Source of the DNA: Geopsychrobacteraceae bacterium
GTDB lineage: Bacteria; Desulfobacterota; Desulfuromonadia; Desulfuromonadales; Geopsychrobacteraceae
Assembly: GCA_963662315.1 (NCBI GenBank)
Contig: OY759353.1
Location: 3,648,001 to 3,712,000 of the forward strand
DNA length: 64,000 nt
Direction: 5' to 3'
Part shown: in pieces, positions 48,405-57,499 of the stretch
How the letters are laid out: every line of letters begins with the position of its first letter
Numbering within the stretch: position 1 is the first letter of the stretch
Notes under the pieces: generated by a model
The model's input: only the letters and a program-made list of their open reading frames with translations
What the model was told of the DNA's origin: nothing
Database searches by the model: none
Program-made: the position numbers and the translations under genes

Positions 48405-49331
48405 CTACTTTTCTGCAGCAATCAGCCGGACGTCGTCTACATAAAGAATTCGTGGGGTGGTCAGCTTGCCGACAAACAGGCCAACAGAGGTGACCTGGCT
48501 GAGATCAAGTAAACGGTTTTTGGGGGCCTGTTCTACTGTTGCCAAGGGAATCTCTAGGGTGTTGACGCCTGGCCGGATAGTGAACGAACTGTTGAAGCGG
48601 TCTGTGTATTCGTTGTTGTGCAATTTGTCGTCAATGCGTATGTACAGGACAAATTGGTCAACTCCGGGATTGAACACCTGCAGATGCAGCAGGGCATGGC
48701 TCTTCCAGTTTTGATGGACGCTGTGCAGGGTGATGCCGGAATAGCGCTGAGTCGAAAATTTTACGCGCATGGCATGATGGCCGCTGATGGCATGATGGTT
48801 GACCACTTTGCGCGAAGCGCTACCGCTCCAGCGCAGTCCTTCGTAACGACTTTCAAACCCAGCCAGTAGCGGAAATTGGTACCAGGCGACCAGGTCGTCA
48901 AATGTTGCTCTGAAGGTTGGAATTAACAGGCCAAATGTAACTGCAGCAAGGCAGAGTGCTGTAAGCAAACGTTGCCAGTAACGGTTAGTGCGCCAGCAGA
49001 AAAGGAAAAGAAATCCTAAAAAGCCGCCGATGACATCATGCCACAAGTCTTCAAAACTGGCATCCCTGCCGATTTGTGATTGGATGAGTTCGGTTAGCGC
49101 GCCACTGCAAAATGCAAATACCAATACTTCAGTCATCCCCCTGGGGAAAGGGCGTTGACGCCACCAGCTGTAACCATATCCCCACAGGGCAAAGCAGATT
49201 ATGTGGCCAAGATTCCACAATTCCTTAATACTTCTCAGGGAATCAGGTGCTGGCCCGCCGATAAACAGAAATATCCCACAGGTGCAGGATAGCAGGAGCC
49301 ATAAGGATTTACCGATAGGAAGTATTTTCAT
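48405..49331 (-). CDS. VanZ-family membrane protein with a C-terminal carbohydrate-binding-like domain
   Basis: GHIICF, TELIQ...GRDAS..D..D.IG; beta-rich C-terminus ending YVDDVRL. Confidence 0.65.
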   Translation of the reverse strand: MKILPIGKSLWLLLSCTCGIFLFIGGPAPDSLRSIKELWNLGHIICFALWGYGYSWWRQRPFPRGMTEVLVFAFCSGALTELIQSQIGRDASFEDLWHDVIGGFLGFLFLFCWRTNRYWQRLLTALCLAAVTFGLLIPTFRATFDDLVAWYQFPLLAGFESRYEGLRWSGSASRKVVNHHAISGHHAMRVKFSTQRYSGITLHSVHQNWKSHALLHLQVFNPGVDQFVLYIRIDDKLHNNEYTDRFNSSFTIRPGVNTLEIPLATVEQAPKNRLLDLSQVTSVGLFVGKLTTPRILYVDDVRLIAAEK

Positions 49332-49511
49332 AGATAATGGACTGTAAATATTTCTGACACAGATTGTGTAAGAATCTGCCGGAAAATCTATCATTGTAGT
49401 GTGCGTGGTTTCCGTTGATAATCAACTCGTTTATTTACATTTTATTGATTTTTCGATATTTTTGAAGAACCAATTGATAAATAATGGTAACCAGTGAGAG
49501 TTTGTCATTAC

Positions 49512-49527
49512 TGGCATGAGTCATGCA
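49512..49527 (+). promoter_or_regulatory. Candidate sigma-54 promoter
   Basis: TGGCATGAGTCATGCA (GG-N10-GC) about 90 nt before the PilZ gene. Confidence 0.5.
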
Positions 49528-49616
49528 AGCTAATATGTGAACTTTTTTATAATGAAAATAAAACGCTAATGTTTAATCATGTCGTGGAGGGGTCCCTAAA
49601 CATCAGGAGCAAGCAA

Positions 49617-49994
49617 ATGGAAAGTCGCATTCAGTATAGTCCTGCGAGGAACCATCAACGCTTCAAAGCAATTGGCCGAGCTCTGGTGCTTATCGCCACC
49701 GGTCCGGAGTCGCTTCCTTTTCACATTATGGATATCAGTGAAGGGGGATTATCATTCCGTTATCTTGGGCCTAAATTAAGAAGAAATGCCGCTAAAACGG
49801 TCAGTCTCTATCATGACCATGAGCTGATTGCAGCGGATATTCCGATCAAAGCTATCTCAGATTACCGCCTGAGTGATAATCTCATCACTGTTCGCCGTGG
49901 CAGTGTTCAATTTGGTGAGCTTTCACCTGAACAACGCCCTATGGTTGAAAAATTTATTCGTAATTATACAGAGGCGCCATTGCCGGTTGCATAA
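49617..49994 (+). CDS. Stand-alone PilZ-domain protein
   Basis: RNHQR and DISEGG motifs; AGGAG before ATG 49617. Confidence 0.85.
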   Translation: MESRIQYSPARNHQRFKAIGRALVLIATGPESLPFHIMDISEGGLSFRYLGPKLRRNAAKTVSLYHDHELIAADIPIKAISDYRLSDNLITVRRGSVQFGELSPEQRPMVEKFIRNYTEAPLPVA

Positions 49995-50224
49995 GTCTGG
50001 CTTGTTTATAGGGGGATAGCCTGTTTGGCCAGAGGATTACAGATCTCTTTTGCTAAAATATCGCCTTCGCGGTCGTTAGTGGATAACGCTTTGCTCTGGT
50101 CTTTTGTCCCTCACTGCTTTTGGGTGATATAAGTAGTAGGCTGAGAGGAGATGGGGTAGGAGAAAATCAAGGAAAAAAAACAAAAAGGGTTACAGCCAGT
50201 CGGCGTAACCCTTTTTGTTTTATA

Positions 50225-50300
50225 TGGCTCCCTCTGCTGGGCTCGAACCAGCGACAATCTGATTAACAGTCAGATGCTCTGCCAACTGAGCTAAGAGGGA
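50225..50300 (-). tRNA. tRNA-Asn(GTT)
   Basis: Reverse complement TCCCTCTTAGCTCAG...CT-GTT-AA...GTTCGAGCC...GCCA, 76 nt. Confidence 0.96.
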
Positions 50301-50371
50301 ATGTAAGCTCGTTGCGGATCAGGAATATAAGAAATTGCCTCTCCGCTGTCAACACTTTTTTTTAAACTTTT

Positions 50372-50959
50372 TTAGGCGCCTTTTTTTAGATCATTCAAAA
50401 CCAGCTTGGCGATGGCTTTCAGCGTTTCAAAAACGCCCTCGCCTGTGGTTGCACAGGCTTCCAGTTCCGGAACCCTGCGCTCATTCAGTAAACGGCTTAA
50501 CTCCTCCACTGAAGTGACATTGGGCAGATCGCGTTTGTTGTATTGAATGACAAATGGAATTTTTTCGATGTCGAAACCTTGCTCATCAAGATTGTCCCGC
50601 AGGTTCTCCAGGCTTTCAATGTTGGCATCAAGGCGCTCTTCCTGAGAGTCTGCAACAAAAACAACCCCGTCAACGCCTTTGAGGATTAATTTCCGTGAAG
50701 CATCGTAAAAAACCTGACCCGGCACTGTATACAGGTGAAAACGAGTTTTGAACCCCCGGATTTCACCGAGAGCCAAGGGCAGAAAGTCAAAAAATAGGGT
50801 CCGCTCGGTTTCTGTCGCCAGCGATATCATTTTTCCCTTCGAGTCTTCTGCTGTTTTATTATAAACATACTGAAGATTCGTTGTCTTGCCGCATAGGCCC
50901 GGACCATAATAGACAATCTTACAGTTTATTTCCCGTGATGCGTAATTAATAAAAGACAT
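50372..50959 (-). CDS. mglA: Small Ras-like GTPase MglA
   Basis: [34 protein letters not shown]. Confidence 0.96.
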   Translation of the reverse strand: MSFINYASREINCKIVYYGPGLCGKTTNLQYVYNKTAEDSKGKMISLATETERTLFFDFLPLALGEIRGFKTRFHLYTVPGQVFYDASRKLILKGVDGVVFVADSQEERLDANIESLENLRDNLDEQGFDIEKIPFVIQYNKRDLPNVTSVEELSRLLNERRVPELEACATTGEGVFETLKAIAKLVLNDLKKGA

Positions 50960-50974
50960 TATCTATCGCCTTTA

Positions 50975-51472
50975 TCAGTTAAAAAGATTATCAATATCAT
51001 CGTCCGTTATTTCAGCAAAAGGACTGGATATTGCTGCTAGCGATGAGGCCTGTTGAGATTTCACCGCCAGACCATCAAATACACTTCCCAATTCAGAGCT
51101 GGCTTTTTTGACCCGCAACCGAACCAGGCCAAGGGAACTTCGATGATCAAAAATAACGACCAGAATGACACGTCCGCCAACGATAGAGATGTGAATGTTG
51201 TCTTTTTCCCCTTCGTGGAACAATATCGAAAATTCTTTTTCTCCGATAAGTTTTGCCAGGCCGCCAGTTGCAGCAATATTTCCTGCTGTCAGGGATGCCA
51301 GACTGGTAGTATCCAGGTTGGCGGTTTCGCCGGAAGAGGCGATAAGCTGACCATTCTTATCTACAAGAAAAATAACTTTGGAATTTGATTCACGTAACAG
51401 TTTTTCCAGTAGAACAATAATTCTCTGGTACTCCTCTTCATACATAACCAGAGACGATTGAGAACCAAACAT
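50975..51472 (-). CDS. mglB: Roadblock-domain GAP MglB
   Basis: LVDKNGQLI, SLASLTAGNIAATGGLA, ITDDDIDNLF. Confidence 0.95.
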   Translation of the reverse strand: MFGSQSSLVMYEEEYQRIIVLLEKLLRESNSKVIFLVDKNGQLIASSGETANLDTTSLASLTAGNIAATGGLAKLIGEKEFSILFHEGEKDNIHISIVGGRVILVVIFDHRSSLGLVRLRVKKASSELGSVFDGLAVKSQQASSLAAISSPFAEITDDDIDNLFN

Positions 51473-51610
51473 TTAGCACTCCTTTAGGAAGGATTAGGCA
51501 CGCAAAAATTTATAACATTTAATAATTTTCGTGGCAAGCTGTTTAAATATAGTATTATAAGTAATTTCTATGATTATTATCTTACACTCTCCTGATGCTA
51601 CTTTGTTGAC

Positions 51611-52762
51611 TTGTCAGGAAAAATCCTCTACTTATTCAATGTTGACGTTTTCCTGCCAAGAGTAAAGGTTTATGGGTTGAAAGTATCACAGATTTTGCCG
51701 CTCGGTTTACGCCGTTGGGATGATGATAATCATTCTGAAGGCTGCAAAGAAGGTTATGAATTCAGCCTGCTTGAAGATTGCGATAACGCCTATCGTTTCA
51801 CTGCTGTGGCCGCAGCCTCTAAGATTGCTACCATATTTAAAAAATTTGCGCGTTTCTTAAATAACGAAGCATTTTTTATTCTCGAATATTATCCAGAGGA
51901 AAGCCTCTCTCTGCGTCCGAGTAGTGCGGCCGAACGTCCGATCCCTGCAGTTTTTTATTCCCCTTACATGGAAGCAGATGTCATCATTCGTACCATCACA
52001 CCCTACCTGGAGCGGATGATTCATGATGGGTTTGTCGGTTTTGGGCTTGCCAACAACCGTAAGGGGCTTGAACTTTTCTACTCCGAAGAAAAGGTTTTAA
52101 CCTTCTTTACCGACAATCATCTGCGCATCACCAATTTCATGACCGATCTTGATATTCCCTGTACGGATCACCTGATTCTGCCCCAGGATTTTGGCCATGA
52201 CCACCTATCGCTTCTGAGTCTGCCTCGTGCAACACTGCCTTTGTCGCTGCAGAAATTTAATGGAGAAGAGCTGAACTCCGTCTGTTTCTGCGAAGATCTG
52301 ACGGACAGCCTCAGCATGTATGAAGTGGAAGAAGGGTTATCGTTCTTTCTGACCCGTAAAGAACAGGAAGAGATCGCCGAACTGGTCAAAGCCAAGCTGG
52401 GTGACCATGATTTCGCTGATGTCGAATTTGGTGGACTGCTCCTTGATTGGTCCGACTTTGTCACCGAGTGTGATCACTCCTTTGACGGTGACCTGTGGGA
52501 GTATAAACAGGGCCTGAAAATCAGGGACACTATACAGCTGGTGATTGATAATGCACCCGAAGCCTTGGCGGGAAAAATTATTTCCATTGTCTCTGAACCG
52601 GATCGTTTATTCTCCACGATTCTGATCGACCGTTTTAAACGCATTGATCAGCCCGATGACAGTCAACTAGGTCAGGAGCGCTTCTGGTATCAGGGCATTG
52701 TCCGCAACCAGGGGAGTGATTTGCGTCGTGATCTGATCCGTAGCGGCTGGTTCAAGAGGTAA
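51611..52762 (+). CDS. Hypothetical protein (start uncertain)
   Basis: Long ORF, co-directional with mqnB/mqnD and 8 nt from mqnB. Confidence 0.7.
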   Translation: MSGKILYLFNVDVFLPRVKVYGLKVSQILPLGLRRWDDDNHSEGCKEGYEFSLLEDCDNAYRFTAVAAASKIATIFKKFARFLNNEAFFILEYYPEESLSLRPSSAAERPIPAVFYSPYMEADVIIRTITPYLERMIHDGFVGFGLANNRKGLELFYSEEKVLTFFTDNHLRITNFMTDLDIPCTDHLILPQDFGHDHLSLLSLPRATLPLSLQKFNGEELNSVCFCEDLTDSLSMYEVEEGLSFFLTRKEQEEIAELVKAKLGDHDFADVEFGGLLLDWSDFVTECDHSFDGDLWEYKQGLKIRDTIQLVIDNAPEALAGKIISIVSEPDRLFSTILIDRFKRIDQPDDSQLGQERFWYQGIVRNQGSDLRRDLIRSGWFKR

Positions 52763-52770
52763 CCTTCATT

Positions 52771-53475
52771 ATGCTCCTGCTTCTGGCAGCAGTCCCTCTG
52801 GAAACGACCCTCATCCGCACTGTACTGGGAGAGCGACTGGGACTGATAACCAGTACTTCGCTTACCCGCCAAAACCACTACGCAGAGGTCCCCCTGTTGC
52901 TGGCCCATACGGGCATCGGTCCGATCAACATGGCGATGCAACTTGGCAGAATCCTGACCTGTTACAAACCAGAAGCGGTTATTCTGTTCGGCTGTGGTGG
53001 CGCTTACCCCCAGAGTGGTTTGGCGCTTGGCGATTGCGTTTTGGCAACCAGCGAAACTCTGGGCGATACCGGTATAGCGACTGATTCCGGCTTCATCCCT
53101 CTTGACCAGTTAAAAATCCCCCAGGACCCGGTGCTGGTACCACAATTCAGGCAAAATTACACCCTTAGCCAACCTTTACTCGAACGCGCTTCGGGAATTT
53201 TACGAGATACCCCTAAAGGTCCTTTTGTCACGGTCAGCACCTGTAGTGGTCATCCTTTTTTAAGTGAACAGCTCGAGGCCAGAACCGGAGGGGTCTGCGA
53301 AAATATGGAGGGGGCTGCCGCAGCACAGGTTTGTGAACAGTTTCATCTTCCGCTGTTGGAACTCCGTGGCATTTCCAATCCGACAGGCACCCGCGACCCT
53401 CAGCAGTGGGATATCTGCAAAGGTACTGCTGCCGCCCAAAATGCCGTCATCAAGCTTGTCGACAACTGGTCATAA
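52771..53475 (+). CDS. mqnB: Futalosine hydrolase
   Basis: TGIGPIN, GCGGAY, TVSTCSG, ENMEGAA, ELRGISN; adjacent to mqnD. Confidence 0.88.
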   Translation: MLLLLAAVPLETTLIRTVLGERLGLITSTSLTRQNHYAEVPLLLAHTGIGPINMAMQLGRILTCYKPEAVILFGCGGAYPQSGLALGDCVLATSETLGDTGIATDSGFIPLDQLKIPQDPVLVPQFRQNYTLSQPLLERASGILRDTPKGPFVTVSTCSGHPFLSEQLEARTGGVCENMEGAAAAQVCEQFHLPLLELRGISNPTGTRDPQQWDICKGTAAAQNAVIKLVDNWS

Positions 53476-53486
53476 AGGATTTCAAT

Positions 53487-54323
53487 ATGGCACAAACACT
53501 GACCATTGGCTATTCACCCTGTCCCAATGATACCTTCATCTTCTATGGATTGATCCATGGCAAGGTGTCCTGCCCAGAGACTCAGTTTCAAGAACGCCTC
53601 GAAGATGTCGAAACCCTCAACCAGTTGGCCCTCAGTGGAATCCTTGATGTCACCAAGATCTCTTACCATGCTCTCGGCCACCTGCGCGACAATTACGCTT
53701 TACTGCGTAGCGGCGGGGCTTTGGGGCGCGGTTGTGGTCCGCTGGTCGTCGCACGTGACAACCTCAGCATGGCAGATCTGAAGGGACAATCCATTGCGAT
53801 TCCGGGACAACTGACTACGGCTAATTTATTATTGCAGCTGTATGGTGAAGGTTATGAACAGGTCACCATCATGCCGTTCGACAAAATTCTAGCTGCTGTC
53901 AGCAATGGTGATGTCGCTGCAGGTGCAATTATTCATGAATCACGCTTCACCTATCAACAGCATGGCCTGAAGAAAGTTATTGACCTGGGACAATGGTGGG
54001 AATCTGATAGCGGCTGTCCTATCCCCCTGGGAGGTATCCTGGCCCGGCGTGATCTCGGCGTCGAGCGGATTCAAAAACTGGACAGCGCCTTGCGTAGCAG
54101 TGTTGAATATGCCTTCGCCCATCCGGAGCAAACCCGTCATTACATCAAGCAGCATGCTCAGGAGCTTGAGGACCAGGTCGTCGAAAGCCATATCGGTTTA
54201 TATGTCAATAACTTCTCTGTTGATCTCGGGGATGAAGGGGTAAGGGCGGTTGAAACTCTTTTTGCCAGAGCCGAAGCGCGTGGGATTATTCCGGTGTGTG
54301 ATAAGCCGTTATTTATTGAGTGA
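53487..54323 (+). CDS. mqnD: 1,4-dihydroxy-6-naphthoate synthase
   Basis: GYSPCPNDTFIF, GGALGRGCGP, IIHESRF, HIGLYVN. Confidence 0.95.
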   Translation: MAQTLTIGYSPCPNDTFIFYGLIHGKVSCPETQFQERLEDVETLNQLALSGILDVTKISYHALGHLRDNYALLRSGGALGRGCGPLVVARDNLSMADLKGQSIAIPGQLTTANLLLQLYGEGYEQVTIMPFDKILAAVSNGDVAAGAIIHESRFTYQQHGLKKVIDLGQWWESDSGCPIPLGGILARRDLGVERIQKLDSALRSSVEYAFAHPEQTRHYIKQHAQELEDQVVESHIGLYVNNFSVDLGDEGVRAVETLFARAEARGIIPVCDKPLFIE

Positions 54324-54432
54324 GAAATTATCCCTTTGAGTAGGGAAAGATTGGAAAGCTGTTTAGCAAGGAGCACAACTTTGTAAGCAACAAAAAAGAC
54401 CTCCATGAAACATGGAGGTCTTCTGGATTCAA

Positions 54433-55521
54433 TCAACCATTTTTGCGCTCAAATTCTTCCATGAACGCAGCAAGCTTTTCAACCCCGGCCATCGGCATCG
54501 GGTTATAAATAGACGCCCTGACACCACCAGCGTTGCGATGTCCTTTCAGGGCATATAATCCTTCAGCACCGGCTTCCTGTAAAAATTTCTTATCCAATTC
54601 TTCCGAGGCCATTTTGAAGGAAACATTCATTATTGAGCGATGATCAGGATGAGCAACTCCACGGTAGAAGTCACTGCCATCAATCACTTTATACAGACGC
54701 GCTGCCTTCTGCTCGTTCAATTTTTCAATCGCCGGAATACCACCGACACTCTCAAGCCACTCAAGGACCAGCTTAATGGCATAAATAGCAAAGGTGTTGG
54801 TGGTGTTGGTCAAAGAATTGTCTTTGTCGCACAGGGTCAGGTTTAGCAGTGTCGGAGTTTTCGGGTCGGCCATTCCCAGCAGGTCTTCACGGACAATAGC
54901 CATCGCCATACCGGACGGCCCCAGGTTTTTTTGCAAACCGGCATAAACAACGCCAAACTGATTGTAGTCAATCTGCCGGGACAGCAGTTCAGAGGTCATA
55001 TCCGCAACCAGCGGGATGGGAACTTGCGGGAATGTGTGGTAGCGCGTACCGAAAATCGTATTATTGCTGGTAATGTGCAGATATGCAGCATCTGGATCGA
55101 CCATATCCGCGGTAATGTCAGGAATCCGGTCGTAACCGGTTGCCGCACTACTGACGATCGTTTCAGTCGGATAAAAAATCTCGGCTTCCTCGGCGGCCAG
55201 CTTCGCAAAGTTACCGGTCTCGGCATACAAACAACGGCGGGACGGCACCCGGCCAGAAAAATTTAATGGAACGGCCGAAAAAAACATGCGTGCACCACCG
55301 TGGACAAACAGAATCCGGTAGTTGTCTGGCACACCCGCCAATTTTTTGAACAGAGCCTTGGCGGCTTCGAGGACATCGACAAACTCTTTAGCGCGATGGC
55401 TGATCTCGATAATAGAGACCCCCATCCCCTGGTAATCAAGCCATTCCTGCTGAATCTTTGCCATTACCGGTTCGGGCAGCATAGCCGGACCTGCTCCAAA
55501 ATTGTAAACCTTCTCTGCCAT
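54433..55521 (-). CDS. serC: Phosphoserine aminotransferase
   Basis: YNFGAGPA, EISHR, NNTIFG, QKNLGPSG, GHR..GGVRASIYN. Confidence 0.96.
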   Translation of the reverse strand: MAEKVYNFGAGPAMLPEPVMAKIQQEWLDYQGMGVSIIEISHRAKEFVDVLEAAKALFKKLAGVPDNYRILFVHGGARMFFSAVPLNFSGRVPSRRCLYAETGNFAKLAAEEAEIFYPTETIVSSAATGYDRIPDITADMVDPDAAYLHITSNNTIFGTRYHTFPQVPIPLVADMTSELLSRQIDYNQFGVVYAGLQKNLGPSGMAMAIVREDLLGMADPKTPTLLNLTLCDKDNSLTNTTNTFAIYAIKLVLEWLESVGGIPAIEKLNEQKAARLYKVIDGSDFYRGVAHPDHRSIMNVSFKMASEELDKKFLQEAGAEGLYALKGHRNAGGVRASIYNPMPMAGVEKLAAFMEEFERKNG

Positions 55522-55586
55522 GTTTCTTACTCCTGCGGCACACATAGTAATCGAACAATATTTTTATGATCCCAGATGGAAACCCA

Positions 55587-55862
55587 CTATTTTACAACCT
55601 TCAGACGGCCGCGTGCACCTGCTCCTCCCGCCGGCGGATCCGGATTCGTAGGCGGTTCGGTACCTTCCGGCCGACCATCTCCGATCTGTGGCAGCGTTCC
55701 GCTGAGCAACATCTGCTCAACGGAACCAGCAATCGTCAGGCATTGTTTCATGCACACTCGGTAAGCCGGGCACATGGTACAATCCGCTTCTCCGGCAGCA
55801 GCTTTCAGACAATGCACGAGCAGTCTGACACTATCTTCCTGGGATAACGGAACAAAAAACAT
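55587..55862 (-). CDS. Small Cys-rich protein with an SspB-like C-terminal LKVVK tail
   Basis: GAGG SD; five Cys; Pro/Gly linker; ends GARGRLKVVK. Confidence 0.7.
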   Translation of the reverse strand: MFFVPLSQEDSVRLLVHCLKAAAGEADCTMCPAYRVCMKQCLTIAGSVEQMLLSGTLPQIGDGRPEGTEPPTNPDPPAGGAGARGRLKVVK

Positions 55863-55959
55863 ATCAACCTCTATACTCGGCCAGCACTTAAACCGAAAAA
55901 CGACTTAAGTGCTGTAAAGATTCCACATAAATGCCACTTGGCTTTCACTGCGGAACAGG

Positions 55960-56988
55960 TTAGAAGGTAGCCATAGTCCGATCAGCTGCCTCAACAAATT
56001 TATTCAGTTTTACCATCATTGCGTGAAATTCTTCAGGGCGCAAAGATTGGGGACCGTCACTTGCCGCTTTTTCTGGACAGGGATGAACTTCTACCAGTAA
56101 ACCATCTGCTCCAGCAGCTGCTGCCGCATAACACATGGGGGCTATTAATGACGCATGCCCGGTTGCGTGCGACGGATCAATCATCACCGGCAGGTGAGTC
56201 TGCTGTTTTAGCACTGGTACAGCAGAAATATCCAGTGTATTCCGCGTTGCCGTTTCAAAAGTTCTGATGCCACGCTCACATAAAATGACCCGGCGGTTGC
56301 CCTCGGACAAAATGTATTCAGCGCTCATCAAAAATTCCTGAATCGTCGTTGCCATCCCCCGCTTAAGCAGAATCGGTTTGTCGAGTTGCCCCAGTAATTT
56401 CAACAAAGCAAAGTTCTGAGTGTTACGGGCGCCAACCTGAAGAACATCGGCATAACGGGCAACCAGTTCAACATCACGCGGGTTAACCACTTCGGTTACC
56501 ACCGGCAAGCCTGTCAACTCTCGGGCCTCAGCCAATAACTTCAGTCCTTCTTCTTCCATCCCCTGGAAAGAATAGGGGCTGGTACGTGGTTTAAAAGCAC
56601 CGCCGCGCAGCAGCCGTGCACCAGACTCTTTTATTGCTAAAGCGGTTTCGCAGATCTGTTCACGACTCTCAACCGAACAAGGGCCACCAACGACAACAAA
56701 TTCTTTGCCGCCAATCGCTAACCCTGGAACAATTTCGACGGCACTTGGCTCGGGTTGAACTTCAAGGCTGGCAAGCTTGTAGGGTTTAAGGATCGGTACA
56801 ACATTCTCAACCCCCGGCATCGACTGCAGAATCTGCAGCTTTTCTTTGCCGCGCTCCTCACCGATCGCCCCGATAACATTGCGGGTTTCTCCATGAATAA
56901 TATGCGGCTGATACCCCAGCTCAATGATCTTTTCTTCTACTGCCTTTAGTTCACGAGCTCCTACATCTTTTTTCATTACAATAATCAT
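55960..56988 (-). CDS. aroF: DAHP synthase (class I-beta, N-terminal regulatory domain)
   Basis: MIIVMK start after [44 protein letters not shown]. Confidence 0.95.
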   Translation of the reverse strand: MIIVMKKDVGARELKAVEEKIIELGYQPHIIHGETRNVIGAIGEERGKEKLQILQSMPGVENVVPILKPYKLASLEVQPEPSAVEIVPGLAIGGKEFVVVGGPCSVESREQICETALAIKESGARLLRGGAFKPRTSPYSFQGMEEEGLKLLAEARELTGLPVVTEVVNPRDVELVARYADVLQVGARNTQNFALLKLLGQLDKPILLKRGMATTIQEFLMSAEYILSEGNRRVILCERGIRTFETATRNTLDISAVPVLKQQTHLPVMIDPSHATGHASLIAPMCYAAAAAGADGLLVEVHPCPEKAASDGPQSLRPEEFHAMMVKLNKFVEAADRTMATF

Positions 56989-57067
56989 GTTGCTCTCCTT
57001 GTCGTTATCGACGTAAAGGCAAACAGGCCGCCCGGTCTCCCGGCGGCCTGTTATCTTTTTTGTAAAT

Positions 57068-57117
57068 AAAAAAAGAAAAACCATGGGAGAGGCGGTGAGC
57101 CGTTCTGCCATGGTTTT
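57068..57117 (-). terminator. Attenuator terminator upstream of aroF
   Basis: Minus strand AAAACCATGG...CCATGGTTTT followed by a T-tract. Confidence 0.75.
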
Positions 57118-57144
57118 GGGTTATTTTCAGATTGTGTACTCTTT

Positions 57145-57228
57145 TTACACACCCTTCCCAGTGGCAGCCGGCCTAAAAAAGCCGCTAAACCAAAAGAAGA
57201 AGCTAAAATAAAAAGAGGTAAACAACAT
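57145..57228 (-). CDS. Aromatic leader peptide (MLFTSFYFSFFFWFSGFFRPAATGKGV)
   Basis: 9 Phe, 1 Tyr and 1 Trp in the first 18 codons; upstream of the terminator and aroF. Confidence 0.85.
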   Translation of the reverse strand: MLFTSFYFSFFFWFSGFFRPAATGKGV

Positions 57229-57362
57229 ATCTGTTAATATCCTTCCTGTCAGGAGAGAGTACACAAGTCACTAATTCCTGACAAGAAAAAAAATCTTTTA
57301 AAAAAGTTTGATATTTTTTCTTGACTCTCAACGGCCCATCCGATATAAACGGATCTCGCTTC

Positions 57363-57438
<76 letters not shown>

Positions 57439-57499
57439 TTAAAATCAAAGGGTTACACTATTTTGTGTAACCCTTTTTTAATTCTTAAATTTCCACAAA

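Noticed and set aside
50182..50216. Hairpin AAAGGGTTAC/GTAACCCTTT shared with the tRNA-Phe 3' flank
   Set aside because: Most simply explained as ordinary tRNA terminators; too short to call a mobile repeat
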